Shown: positions 12,245 to 24,575, numbered from the stretch's first letter. The stretch: 64,000 bases of DNA from Octopus sinensis (GCF_006345805.1 NW_021833233.1:21127-85126), one strand, 5' to 3'. Notes: generated by a model not told the origin, from the sequence alone. Numbers and translations are program-made.

Positions 12245-12865
12245 ATTATATATATATGTGTTTGTGTGTATGTATATATATATATATATATATGCATGTA
12301 TGTATATATATATATGTATGTATATGTATATATATATATATGCACACACATACATATATATATATAAATATATATTATATATATATATATATATATGTGT
12401 GTGTATATATATATATATGCATGTATGTATATATATATATGTGTTTGTGTGTATGTATATATATATATGTGTGTGTATATATATATATGTGTTTGTGTGT
12501 ATGTATATATATATATGTGTGTGTATATATATATATGTGTTTGTGTGTATGTATATATATATATGTGTGTGTATATATATATATAATAATAATAATAATA
12601 GTAATAATAATAATAATGATGATGATGAAGATGATGATGATAATAATAACAATAATAATAATAATGATAATAATAATAATAATTATAATTATAATAATAA
12701 TAATAATGATAACAACCACAATAATAATAATAATGATGATAACAACAACAACAGCAACAACAATAATAATAATAATATAATGATAACAACCACAATAATA
12801 ATAATAATTATTATTATTATTATTATGATAATAATAATAATAATGATAACAACCACAAAATAATA
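11860..12865. repeat. TA/TG-derived microsatellite with ~44-bp higher-order units, then (AAT)n
   Basis: GTGTTTGTGTGTATGTATATATATATATGTGTGTGT is repeated at about 12441, 12488 and 12536. Confidence 0.9.
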
Positions 12866-13124
12866 AATACCAAGTTACACATCTCACGTAATTTTGTCAA
12901 TATATAAACCATTAAGCCTGAAATAAAACTAGGAGTGTTCTCGTTAATAACTAAAGATATCGTGTACAGGCTCAAAAATAATCCCACGAATACGCCTTCT
13001 CTCCTTCTATCCATCTGGTTCCTTCCTTTCTCCCCCTTCTTATCAGAGACGAACAAGACGTTCATATATATACGATGTGTATACAAATATATATGTAGGT
13101 GTATGTATAATATATATATATATC

Positions 13125-13157
<33 letters not shown>

Positions 13158-13158
13158 G

Positions 13159-13189
<31 letters not shown>

Positions 13190-13272
13190 AAGGGTGAAAA
13201 GGAACACACGAGTTGATATATATGAAAAAAACAAGTAAAAAATAGAAAATGCTAAAATAATTTTATAGTGAA

Positions 13273-13319
13273 CATTTCAGTACCGTTTCGGTCATTTTGA
13301 GACCTTTTCAACTGTAACG
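13273..13319 (-). ncRNA. Hammerhead motif, U3-A8 core variant
   Basis: Minus strand: CGTTACAG TTGAAAA GGTC-TCAAAAT-GACC GAAA C G GTA | CTGAAATG. Stem I pairs 7 of 8, stem II is 4 bp. Confidence 0.6.
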
Positions 13320-13659
13320 ATTAAATAATTAAATTTAGAAAAATTAGAAGAAAAGTTTTTTTTAAAGAATATTTCTATAATAGTGTTCAGATTTAAGTGG
13401 CATTCTGCCTTTCTCTGACTCCCTTGTTGCACTTGTGTGTTCGAGGTAGTTGTGAGTTCTTGGTAGGGTAGTAGAGGGAAGGCTGGTGAGGAAGGGGGTG
13501 GGAGAATCTGGGAGTGCCCTGATGGTCGTATTTTGAATGGTCAGTGGCGGCTGGCAGTCTCAGTTCAATTCAGGAGAATATTTATATTGACAGGCTTGTT
13601 TATAGAATTAGCGTAGGTGTTATACTAAAAAACATTAGTGACAAACTTAAGGGGTAGGG

Positions 13660-14125
13660 GGTGGAGAAGAAGAAGAAGAAGAAGAAGAAGAAGAAGAGAA
13701 GGAGAAGGAGAAGATGACGATGATGGTGATGGTGGTGATGATTATGACGACGATGATGATGATAACGATGATGATGAGAAGAAGAAGAAGAAGAAGAAGA
13801 AGGAGGAGAAGAGAAGATGGTGGTGATGATGGTGGCGATGATGATGATGCCGATGATGATGATAACGATGATGATGAAGGAAGAGAAGAAGAAGAAGAAG
13901 GAGAAGAAGGAGAAGGAGAAGATGACGATGATGGTGATGGTGGTGATGATTATGACGACGATGATGATGATAACGATGATGAGAAGAAGAAGAAGAAGAG
14001 AAGAAGAAGAAGAAGGAGGAGAAGGAGAAGATGGTGGTGATGATGGTGGCGATGATGATGATGCCGATGATGATGATAACGATGATGATGAAGAAGAAGA
14101 GGAAGAAGAAGAAGAAGAAAAAAAC
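13660..14125. repeat. (GAA)n/(GAT)n microsatellite with ~210-bp higher-order duplication
   Basis: Identical variant blocks GATGACGATGATGGTGATGGTGGTGATGATTATGACG at about 13713 and 13921. Confidence 0.9.
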
Positions 14126-14249
14126 AGAGAAGGGAGAATATGAATGGGTTGTAAATATAGCTATGAAGGGGCTGATTAGTAATGGATTCTATGGAGTGTA
14201 GTATTTGTGTGTATATATATTTTTTCTTTTATTCTAAAGTTGAGGTATA

Positions 14250-14790
14250 TTAATTGTTTGTCGTAGACCCGTTAAGAAGTGGCTTGTATTTTGTAATAAA
14301 GAGATTTTCTTTACTTATTCGTTGTCTCGAGGTTGTATCGTCCCTAAATTGGTAGAGGGGGAAAATTCTGAAGTTTGGTGTTTTTTTGTTGGCGCAAGTA
14401 TCTATGTGTTGGCTAAAAGCTATTTTTCTGTTTTGGGGAATTTTTATCTGGGATCTGTGCAGGGCCATTCGTTACGCAAACCATTTTTTGTTTGGCCTAT
14501 GTACTGCTCTTGACACCCGGAGCAGGTTAGTGAGTATATTAGGTTCTCCGAAGCACATGTGAAGTTGCTTTTCACTGTAAAACGTTGTCCCTGTTTGAAG
14601 GAGAATTCAGAACCCTCGATTATAGTCGCATATCCCGCAATTGGGTCTTCCACATTTTTTTACTGTCGGCTTCTGTGTTGAAGAGTGAATTCGGGCTTGT
14701 GTAAGGAGACTTTTCATGGATCTAGGCTGTCTTTTGCTTTTTATGATCGTGTGTGTTTGGAGGATTGTGTTCATTCTGTGGTCTTTTTTT
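14250..14790 (-). pseudogene. GIY-YIG endonuclease of a Penelope-like element (Neptune-type Cys linker), frameshifted
   Basis: KKCGRPNCGICDY / FTCASENLIYSLTCSGCQEQYIGQTKNGLR / RMALHRSQI...FSQHIDTC...FRIFPLY...RISKENLFITKYKPLLN. Confidence 0.85.
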
Positions 14791-14920
14791 AGGAGGGGTA
14801 TGTATATATATTTATATATTTATTTATTTATATATTTATATTTATATTGTATATATATATTTCTATGTGTATATCTGTATATGTATATACATACAACATT
14901 GCCTATATATAGCCAGCTAG

Positions 14921-14968
<48 letters not shown>

Positions 14969-15828
14969 TAAAATAGATAGATACATAGATATATAGATAG
15001 ATATATATAGATATATAGATAGATAGATAGATACATACATACATACTACATACATACATACATACATACATATACATACACACATATATAACATACATGC
15101 AGGTATTCATGCGGTCATAGGTGATAACTTTTATGCTAGAGAGTTACGTAAGATATATGAGAATGGGCAATCTATAAAATTAAGGTGATTCTAAAATGAG
15201 GTTTGTGACCTTCCGAAGTTTTCGCAATGTCATTTATAGGTTTAAAGCAACCAACGTTAAACGAACCTTCGTAAAATAATCGATATTTTGGAACACCATG
15301 AACAAAATGTTATGAATTTTCCCAGTATGATATTACGTTCAGTATCATTTGAGTTAGTGCTCTACATGAGATATTCCAATAGCAATGGTGTGCATGAAAA
15401 TCTATCTGCTTTTTTCGTTATGTAAGTATAACATATATGCTTTACAATTCATGTCATCAACAATTATTTACTTAGTAGCATGCCCAAGATATTAAAGTTC
15501 TGTAGAATGTGTGACTTTTTCGGGAACTACGAACGTTGGGTATGATTCGGAAACTGTCTCTCCAGGCGAGAAATGTGTAATGCACGAATATGTACCCTAG
15601 AGATTGGATTCATATTAGCGTGTTACGAGTACATACTTCTAGGGTGTAAGAGCAAATGAATATGACATATACATATTAGCGATTCGCTAAATTATTCATA
15701 GATTTCTATGGTAAATACATATATGCTGAGAGAGAATTAAGTCCGGAATCAGCCGGGCGAACGGTCCTTGGTATGATATGAAAGGAAATGAAATGAGAAG
15801 TAGGACACATTCATAATAACCAGATTAC

Positions 15829-16212
15829 TCTCTCTTTTACTCTTTTACATGTTTCAGTCATTTGACTGCGGCCATGCTGGACCCCAGGACTTATTCTTTG
15901 TAAGCACAGTACTTATTCTATCGGTCTCTTTTACCGAACCGCTAAGTGACGGGGACGTAAACACACCAGCATCGATTGTCAAGCAATGCTAGGGGTACAA
16001 ATACAGACACACAAACACGTACACATACATACATATATATACATATATACGACAGGCTTCTTTCAGTTTCCGTCTACCAAATCTACTCACAAGGTATTGG
16101 TCGGCCCGGGGCTATAGCAGAAGACACTTGCCCAAGATGCCATGCAGTGGTACTGAACCCGGAACCATGTGGTTGGTTAGCAAGCTACTTACCGCACAGC
16201 CACTCCCGCGCC
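15829..16212 (-). mobile_element. SINE family B
   Basis: Head GGCGCGGGAGTGGCTGTGCGGTAAG, B-box GGTTCAGTACC, central CA/TA tract, tail ...GACTGAAACATGTAAAAGAG. Confidence 0.85.
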
Positions 16213-16764
16213 TTTGTTGATTACGTATAAGTAAACAAGCTATATTCAAGAATTAGGTAAAATATGTTTAAATCTTTAGAGAAATCTGTAGAGGATTACA
16301 CTTTTCTCTATTGGATAATAGAACGTAAATATGCAAAGTGAGTAGCATAATTTCTGTATCATTCTGAATTACTCGCAGTTACTTGTAAAATGTTAACTTT
16401 TCTTTCCTGAAATGTTCTTACCACTTGATAGGTTAAAACTGATATAAGAAACTGCTGGCGTTTCTCTTCAGTTATTCTATAAAGTGTTAGCTTGTCTTGG
16501 AAGAATGATTTTTGAGCTATAATTCATACGGCTAGATTCCACACAGATCCTTTTAAATTTCTCTTCTGTTATGTGCTATTTAATTACCTTGCCAAACATA
16601 TATCCAGGGAGCTGTACAGAAGCATATTTTAAAAGACCATTTCACAACCACGTACCCTGGGTCAGGCCCCAATGCGCAGCATCTTGAGAAAATATGACTT
16701 GTATATGGGTATGTGTTAACTCGTAACTTCATAACTTATAAGTGAAATTAAAGTAAGGTAAAGG

Positions 16765-16998
16765 TTACTTTCTCGAATCATGCCGACTCATAAGGTTCTG
16801 TTTCTTGGTTTCCAAGAAGTATAAACTGTCCACCTGGACCGGACGCCGGTCCATCGACGGATTAGTCGCTGAATAAACTGGAGCAACGTGAAATGAAGTG
16901 TTTTGCTCAAGAATATATCGTATCATCCGGTCCAGGAAACGAAACCACAATCCTACGACCACGACTCCAACACCCTAACAGCTAAGCCACGTATCTCT
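16765..16998 (-). mobile_element. SINE family C (MetaSINE-like central domain)
   Basis: Minus strand carries a tRNA head plus TTCTTGAGCAAAACACTTCATTTCACGTTGCTCCAG. Confidence 0.7.
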
Positions 16999-17749
16999 GC
17001 TGTAAATGAAATTGGGTAGCCGGAAACTAACTACAAGCAGTACCTGCAATTCAAAATCACATCGGTGTCACACACTGTACTACCCTGATTCTACCCCCGA
17101 CTTACGATGTGGGTACACTTGTCTATGGAATGTTCAGGAATTTGCACTCAAATTCAATGAGCTGGCAGTTCGCTTGATCGAACAACAAATCAATATTCAT
17201 TAACGAAAAACGACGGAGATCCTTCGAAGCATATATCATAAAACGTGTCAGCCATTTCTTCCTCCTTTTTTTTTACGTATGGAAGAAAATTACAAAAACA
17301 TTCAGACCAAGGCCAATTAACTGACAACACATTAACAAAATTATTGCCTTCGCAAGGGGAACAATTTACGCAAAAAAAACGAAGCAATTGCTAAATATTG
17401 TATGAAAATGATAACACGTATGATCCTTAATTAACACATTGTATCATTATGACTATTATTGATCATGTAGTATAGAAATGTATTCCTCATTAGTAATTAC
17501 ATCAACCCCCTACTTTTCGGCTTTTGGTTGTTTTCTGGAACCACAATTGGTTTTTTAACATTATCATACAACTGCGGCAATAAGTGTGCCATATTTTTGT
17601 TGGTGTTCAGCTACAAATCGGTTACTCCGACAAACCGAAAATGAATTTCCCTTAAATGCTAACTATGGATGGCTATCAATATTAGAATGGGAGAAATCGC
17701 AAATAGAAGCAATAACAACATAGAGAACAGGAGAATAAGGGAAACATTA

Positions 17750-18185
17750 TCATCATCATCATCATTATCATCGTCATCATCATCATCATCATCGTCCTCG
17801 TCGTCGTAGTCATCGTCATCATCATCAATATTATTATTATTATCATTATTATTATAATAGTAGTAATAGTATTAGTAGTAGTAGTAGTAGTAGGAGGAGG
17901 AGGAGGAGGAGGAGTAGCAATTGATGGAGGAGTAGTAGTAGTAGTAGGAGGAGGAGGAGCAATTGTTGTAGTAGTAGTAGTAGGAGGAGGAGGAGGTGGA
18001 GTAGCAATTGTTGTTGTAGTAGTAGTAGTAGTAGTGGTGGTGGTGGTGGTGGTAGTAGTAGTAGTAGGAGTAGCAATTGTTGGAGGAGTAGTAGTAGTAG
18101 TAGTAGTAGTAGTAGGAGGAGGAGGAGGAGGTGGAGTAGCAATTGTTGTTGTAGTAGTAGTAGTAGTAGTAGTAGTAGTAATTAC
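17750..18185. repeat. (ATC)n/(TAG)n/(GAG)n compound microsatellite
   Basis: Seen directly. The block GGAGTAGCAATTGTTG recurs. Confidence 0.95.
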
Positions 18186-18664
18186 TGTTTGTGTTCTTTT
18201 AGTTACTGTTTGCTGTTATTGTCCACAATTTTTTCCATTCTATTTTCTCTACTTCTCGGGAGGCCATGCTAAAACAATAATTGACAGGTACAAAAAAAAA
18301 TAAAAGCGACAAAGTAATCTGGTTCAAAGCTGAACTACTGAAGAGACATAATTAACCATCCATGAAATAGCTGGAACGGAACCATGAATGGCTCGTCAAG
18401 AATAATAATATACAGCAAATACTCAACAACTATGTTTCACAACATGCTTGTCTACGACGCTGTTTGGACAACACTGTCTCACAAATAAAAAGCAACATGA
18501 ATCTGAAAGGATACGGATATGTCGATGTAGACCTGCTACTGAGTGACATAGCTATTGCAGAACACTCTACATATGGGATGAAGTGCGTGTACATACGGTA
18601 TCTATCGACCTTATAATAATCAGACATATTAAAGAATCTAACGATATATATACGTATATATTTA

Positions 18665-18890
18665 TATATGAAACAGGGACAACTAATGAAGGGGAAAAAT
18701 TTTTATGTTGCACGTCTCGTTTCTCTGTTTGTTTGTTTTTTCGTTGTTACAAAATAACGTTCGTTTCTGATTTTGTTTTTATGTTTTCGTTTCTCCTTGT
18801 GTCCAAAGTTTTCTTGATGTTCTGTACACATATATGCATGTATATATACATATATATGTAGCTATGAACATATATGTATATATGCATATG
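18665..18890 (+). repeat. T-rich interspersed repeat, possibly PLE pLTR-derived (second copy 27185-27405)
   Basis: Both copies share CT(A/G)A(T/A)GAAGGGGAA...TTTTCGTTTCTC..TGTG...CTGTAC(A/C)CATATATGCATGTATATATAC. Confidence 0.5.
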
Positions 18891-18935
18891 CTCTCTGACC
18901 AAACCACTACCTTAGGTAGTAGTTTGGTCAGAGAG
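18891..18935. repeat. Short hairpin palindrome (21-bp arms, 1 mismatch, TTA loop)
   Basis: CTCTCTGACCAAACCACTACC-TTA-GGTAGTAGTTTGGTCAGAGAG. Confidence 0.9.
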
Positions 18936-19508
18936 TAAAAGTTAGATCGGTTAGGCAACTAGAAACACTCCCGTTGACAGTATACATATTCTGATGAAAA
19001 TGTTATAGGAAATTCAGTTTACAAACATGACAATATTAACATCAGGAAATTAAGAACACTATTTGGTGTTAAATAACCAGAATTAAGTAAATGCCAACTT
19101 GGAAATCTAAAGGAGTTAACTAGAATATACCACATATTTGAGAAACAGAGAAAAATAGTAATACATATATTATTAAATTAATATTTAATACAGAGACACG
19201 TTTGATATAATAGCGTGATAATTATCGACACACTATTTGTTCAAGCAATAAGGTATAGTCATAATCTTGTCAACTTGACGCTTACTTAATATAGGAATAA
19301 AATAATGACTGCGTTAGTGAAAATTCGATATATCCATTATGAGCTCTAAACACTAAGAGCATATCAAGAAAGAGAATGCGAAATGTATATAGATATGAAG
19401 ACAATCGACCGCAGTCTTTCTACCCGTACTGTCTTAACGAAAAGAGAATATATGAGAAAGCAAATCATGCCTTTAGGAAACATCGACAAGGAAGATGCAA
19501 TCCGTATC

Positions 19509-19718
19509 AGGACAATTACCACCACTAGGGCAATTACTCACCATAGGACAATTACACACTATAGGACAATTACACACCACAAGACAATTACCACCACTAG
19601 GGCAATTACTCACCATAGGACAATTACACACCACAAGACAATTACTCACCATAGGACAATTACTCACCGTAGGACAATTGCCCCGACCACAACTACCCCT
19701 AGGAAAATTACCCCCGCC
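19509..19718 (+). repeat. 18-bp minisatellite (AGGACAATTACTCACCAT-like, ~10 units)
   Basis: Seen directly. A partial inverted copy GGGGTAAATATCCTAG lies at about 19820. Confidence 0.9.
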
Positions 19719-20096
19719 ACTTAGTTAATTACTCCCTCTCTAATATATTAAGAAGTTTTAAGTCATCATCTGTTGTCCTCAGAGGTAATTGCTCTTGGGG
19801 ATTATTGTACTTGTGGTGTGGGGGTAAATATCCTAGACGCAGTACAATCGCACTAGAGACACAGAAATTTTTAATTGGTGTATAGTATACTAAGAGTTGA
19901 GAGAGCATATCATTGATGGGGTCGCTAATGGCAATGAAAGGGCGTTGGCAAATTTAGGCGATTGATTGACTGACCGAAAGATGAATCCAGCAACCGATTA
20001 CTGAATTGGTTAACCAATTAAGAAATATAAAGCATTGCTTCAGAAACGGTGTGCATGTTTGTTATTGGCATAATGACCATTCCTAAATACAATAGT

Positions 20097-20404
20097 GAAG
20101 GCGCATGGCTTAGTGGTTAGGGCATTCGGCTCACGATTGTCAGGTCGTGAGTTCAATTCCCGGCGGCGCGCTGTGTCCTTGAGCAAGACACTTTATTTCA
20201 TGTTACTGGCAAAAATGAGTAGTACCTGTATTTCAAAGGACCAGCCTTGTCACGCTCTGTGTCACGCTGGATCTCCCTGAGAACTGCATTAGGGGTACAC
20301 GTGTCTGTGGATTGCTCAGTCACTTGTACTTTAATTTCACGAGCAGGCTGTTCCGTTGATCGTATCAGCTGGGACCCTCGTCGTCGTAACCGACGGAGTG
20401 CTCC
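20097..20404 (+). mobile_element. SINE family C head/Meta-like domain joined to the tail also found on family D
   Basis: GAAGGCGCATGGCTTAGTGGTTAG...GAGTTCAATTCCC...GTGTCCTTGAGCAAGACACTT; tail GTACCTGTATTTCAAAGG...CGTAACCGACGGAG. Confidence 0.85.
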
Positions 20405-20900
20405 TATCCTAGAAGTACAAAAAAATAATGTTTCAAAACTCTAATCCACTCAAAGATTCTTACAAAGCGAAATAAAAAAAAACAACATAATACATATATG
20501 AATATCAATGTTAATCTACCAGGCCACTATGAAATGTAATACGTTGTAACGGATTTTTAAATTTCAGCAGCTAACAAATTATGTGTAAACCGAATGCAAA
20601 AATTAGCCAAATACATTTTAAAATGAAAACTAGATATAACTAGAATCCTGTATTGAAAAAATATGATCCACTAGAAATCGATTAAAGATTCCATACTTAA
20701 TCAAAATCCCATATTGTCTGAATTTACACAGTGTAGATACCAACACTAAGAGCTCTTGTTCTATGATAATGTTACGAAGACTTGTTTAAGAACAGTGGAA
20801 ATATCATATATGCAAGATACATGACAGACTATTAGGTTATTCTACGAACGTACAAAATAAAGAATTATTATCATTTTTATTACGTTATTTCTTTTTTCTC

Positions 20901-21311
20901 TTTATTGCCCACAAGGGGCTAAACATTGAGGGGACAAACAAGGACAGACAAATGGATTAAGTCGATTACATCGACCCCAGAGCGTAACTGGTACTTAATT
21001 TATCGACCCGAAAGGATAAAAGGCAAAGTCGACCTCAGCGGAATTTGAACTCAGAACGTAACGGCAGACGAAATACCTATTTCTTTACTACCCACAAGGG
21101 GCTACACACAGAGGGGGGACAAACAAGGCAGACAAACGGATTAAGTCCACTACATCGACCCCAGTGTGTAACTGGCACTTAATTTATCGACACCGGAAGG
21201 ATGAAAGGAAAAGTCGACCTCGGTGAAATTTGAACTCAGAACGTAACGGCAGACAAAATACGGCTACGCATTTCGCCCGGCGTGCTAACGATTCTGCCAG
21301 CTCGCCGCCTT
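20901..21311 (-). mobile_element. SINE family A, tandem dimer
   Basis: A full copy plus an A-box-less second unit, joined at GACGAAATACC|TATTTCTTTACTACCC. Confidence 0.85.
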
Positions 21312-21338
21312 AAATTAACTTTATATAATACACTGTCT

Positions 21339-21478
21339 TAAGGTGGCGAGCTAGCAGAATCGTTACCGCGCCTTTCAACCTTTCATACTTTCCAGGTCGA
21401 TAAAATAAGTACCAGCTGTGCACTAGGGTTGATGTAATTGACTAACCCCGCCTCCCATATTTCAGGCCTTGTACCAGA
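21339..21478 (+). mobile_element. SINE family A-related, internally deleted, head-to-head with the previous copy
   Basis: AAGGTGGCGAGCTAGCAGAATCGTTA...GGTCGATAAAATAAGTACCAG. Confidence 0.65.
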
Positions 21479-21835
21479 AATTGAGATCAAAAAAATATAA
21501 TGTGATATTTATTCGATTTCCATATCGGAAATGTATTTAAAATGTCAGAAATTTTTAATTGGTTTTTCCCTGATAATATAACACAATATTTTGTATTTCA
21601 TATGTGATATTTCCGTATTATATTTCATATAGGATGTTTTCATATTATATTTCCTACGAAAAAATTAAATATTCAGAATATAATTCAATATCTGAAAATA
21701 TTTATCAGACCCGGTGTTTAAAATATTCGTTTTTTATTTGGTTATTAATACATTTTCTTTATTCAATATCGTAAATATAAATATATGAGCCTATGTCCCA
21801 TTTGTTTATGAATATGTATATGCATATATATATAT

Positions 21836-21869
<34 letters not shown>

Positions 21870-21900
21870 ATATATATATATATAATATATATATATATAG

Positions 21901-21934
<34 letters not shown>

Positions 21935-21938
21935 ATAT

Positions 21939-21982
<44 letters not shown>

Positions 21983-22469
21983 TATATATATATACATGTA
22001 TGTATATATAGTAATTGTTAAGGTGACTTGTACTTTAAAACAATACGTGGTGTGTTTTAGTAGCAATGTTCTGTGTCGTTTCATTCAATTGCCCATTGAA
22101 ATACATTTTTATTTCTCTCGTAATAAAACTTACGCGCCACAATGTTTTTAAGAATTTGTGATTTTAAAAATGAGGATTTTCTTTAATTTCAACAAATACA
22201 ACTCAGATAATTTTTTTTTATTTCAGTGTGAAAATAAGCGTGTCCCTTTTTATTGTATTAATAAAATAATATTACAGATGCACAAGCACGCTCATACAAA
22301 TTCACCGAGTTATATTCAGAATGCTAAGGTTTAATGTCGTCTATTTTCTGAATAAATTGTTTCTAGTACAATCTTCGATGAAGAATTAAGGTGCACAGCC
22401 CATTTAGATGCAGCTATGGTGGTGATCATGAATGAGTGATAGAATGCACCAATTATAAACTACATCTAT

Positions 22470-22471
22470 GG

Positions 22472-22553
<82 letters not shown>

Positions 22554-22995
22554 ATCTATCTATCGATCGATCTATCTTTATCTATCTCTCTATCCGCTCA
22601 GTCGAAGTCGACTCTCAGCTACTCGTTGGATCAGTGTCCTCCAGCCAGTTCTATCATGGGTCGCTTCTTTCAGATTGTCAATTCCCGTGTCACTCTTGAT
22701 GGTGTCAAGCCAGCGGGTTCTTGGTCGGCCTCTTCCTCTCTTGCCACTGACCATTCCGAGCATGATGCCCTTCTCCAGGGATTTTCTCCACATAATATGA
22801 CCAAAATATTTCAACTTATGCTTGGTGATCCTAACTTCTAGCGATAGTTTCGACTTGATCAAGTTAAGAACTTCTCCATTGGTGAGCCTCACTGTCCATG
22901 GAATCCGTAAATGTCTTCTCCAACACCAAAGCTCGAAAGCATTAATTCTCTTCTGGTCAGCTTTCTTTAGTGTCCAGGTCACGCATCCATATGTT
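22470..22995 (-). pseudogene. RTE (BovB-like) LINE 3' end with (GATA)n tail
   Basis: ORF 22590-23030: FSIATYGC..WTLKKAD..RINAFELWCWRR.LRIPWT..KLKYFGHI..GKRGRGRPRTRWLD..WRTLI..VAESRLRL. The (TAGA)n tail follows the stop. Confidence 0.9.
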
Positions 22996-23004
22996 GCTAT
23001 TGAG

Positions 23005-23207
23005 AAGATGAACATATCGTCAGTCATCAAGGGACAAGCTCAACTGGTTAAGGTCAAACAACTGACGAGCAAATCTGTGGTATTGAGCAGAATACTTGCT
23101 GTAGCCAATCTTTTATATCAAGACAAAACAACTTACATGATAACACTTCCAATTAGTTGAGGTCAGAAGACATGAGAGCCACTGCTTGGTACTGCATCAG
23201 GCCATTT
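23005..23207 (+). repeat. Interspersed repeat family F (second copy ~41395-41530)
   Basis: Shared CTCAACTGGTTAAGGTCAA...GCAAATCTGTGGTA(T/C)TGAGCA...ATAACACTTCCAAT. Confidence 0.7.
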
Positions 23208-23803
23208 ATTATTATTATTATTATTATTATATTATTACTTTTTTTTTTCTTCTTTCAAATTTTCTTCCATTTCTTGCCGAGTGTCTTCCCGACTCCTAGG
23301 GCAAAGAAACTCATAGTGTATATTGGTAGGCCATTAAACCAAACTCAGTAGTTCGTTCATTTTTTTTTTTTTATAGTTAAATTAAAATACATGAGCAGCA
23401 ACAGTTCTCACATCGACAATGCTCTTCTCAATACGTGTGATGTACCAGTTAAGACAATCTTTTGCACTTCTTGCAGGGATGGTAAGCCAGGGATCATTCT
23501 CATATAATTTTCGGTTCCCTTCTTGATCATTCCTAGTGCTCTTACGATCACTGGTATTGTAACCGCCTTGAGATGCCACATTTTCTCAATTTCAATGAGT
23601 AGGTCTTTATATTTTCTGAGCTTGTCAAACTCTTTCGCTGAGATATTATGATCACAGGGGATGCTCATGTCGATCAATAAGCAAACTTTATTGTTTGGGT
23701 CTTTCACAACAATATCTGGTTTATTGGCCTTGATGGTTCGGTCTGTATGTACTGGATATTATTATTATTATTATTATATTATCATTATTATTATTATTAT
23801 TAT
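23206..23803 (-). pseudogene. R4/Dong-type LINE 3' end (RLE), 5'-truncated, with (TAA)n on both sides
   Basis: TDRTIKANKPDIVVKDPNNKVCLLIDMSIP..KEFDKLRKYKDL..PVIVRALG..LQEVQKIVLTGTSHVLRRAL (PD-(D/E)xK type). TAA tracts at 23206-23238 and 23759-23803. Confidence 0.85.
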
Positions 23804-23824
23804 TTCATTAGCTGGGAAAATCTG

Positions 23825-23996
23825 AAATTTAGTTGAAGGGACTAGTCGATTATATCACTATCAGGTACTTGATTGCTACTTATTTCATCGACCCTAAAAG
23901 GACGAAAGGCGATGTAAACCTAGCCGGCATTTGACCTCAGAATACAGACGGAATACCACTAAGTAGTTTGTTCGTCGTGCAAACGAATCTGCCAGT
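23825..23996 (-). mobile_element. SINE family A, degenerate
   Basis: Contains TTTCATCGACCCTAAAAGGACGAAAGGC...GAATCTGCCAG. Confidence 0.65.
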
Positions 23997-24480
23997 AATG
24001 TTTTCTAATAATAATAAAATTATAAGCATAATATCAGAAATTACATTACGGAAATTTGATTAAGATATGTGACTTTTATCACCTATAATTAAACAAAGCG
24101 AGTTTTGAAATTGCATACCGGAACTACATCAAGTTATTGATTTTGATAAAGTTCAAATATAAAATTCATTGAACAAACTGTAAAAGCAGGCAAGCAAGAA
24201 ATAGCTGAGATGACAAAATGTGAGGATTACCATGAACCTTCGCCCTTAACGTCTGAACAATCGTGATACAAGCATACTTAAAACGACATATGATTCAAGA
24301 AGATAAATATCAAACTAAGAGTTAGAATCAACGTCAGAAATGTTTCTTGCTCTCTAACGTTCTACTTATATACAACTTTATCTATCGCAAACTCTGCATC
24401 TCAACAGATTTTTGTAGGTGATATACAGCACATATGTGACCGCTATCAATACATCTAGACCATAACAACCTCACTTCTGT

Positions 24481-24575
24481 AAGGACAAATAAGTCCTGGG
24501 GTCGATGTACTCGACTAAAGGTAGTGCTCCAGCATGGTCGCATTACTGAAACAAGTAAAAGAGTAAAAAGAGAGA
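24481..24575 (+). mobile_element. SINE family B 3' tail
   Basis: ATAAGTCCTGGGGTCGAT...CAGCATGGTCGC...GAAACAAGTAAAAGAG. Confidence 0.7.

Larger units (their letters stand above)
13215..14790 (-). mobile_element. Penelope-like element 3' remnant (endonuclease, 3' region and HHR), interrupted by a GAA/GAT microsatellite
   Basis: GIY-YIG fragment (14250-14790) and HHR (13273-13319) lie on the same strand in canonical PLE order. That they form one element is an inference. Confidence 0.6.

Noticed and set aside
18665-18720. CTAATGAAGGGG (and CTGAAGAAGGGG at ~27191) as hammerhead cores
   Set aside because: No stem II partner, GAAA or NUH site follows. Kept only as a repeat family.
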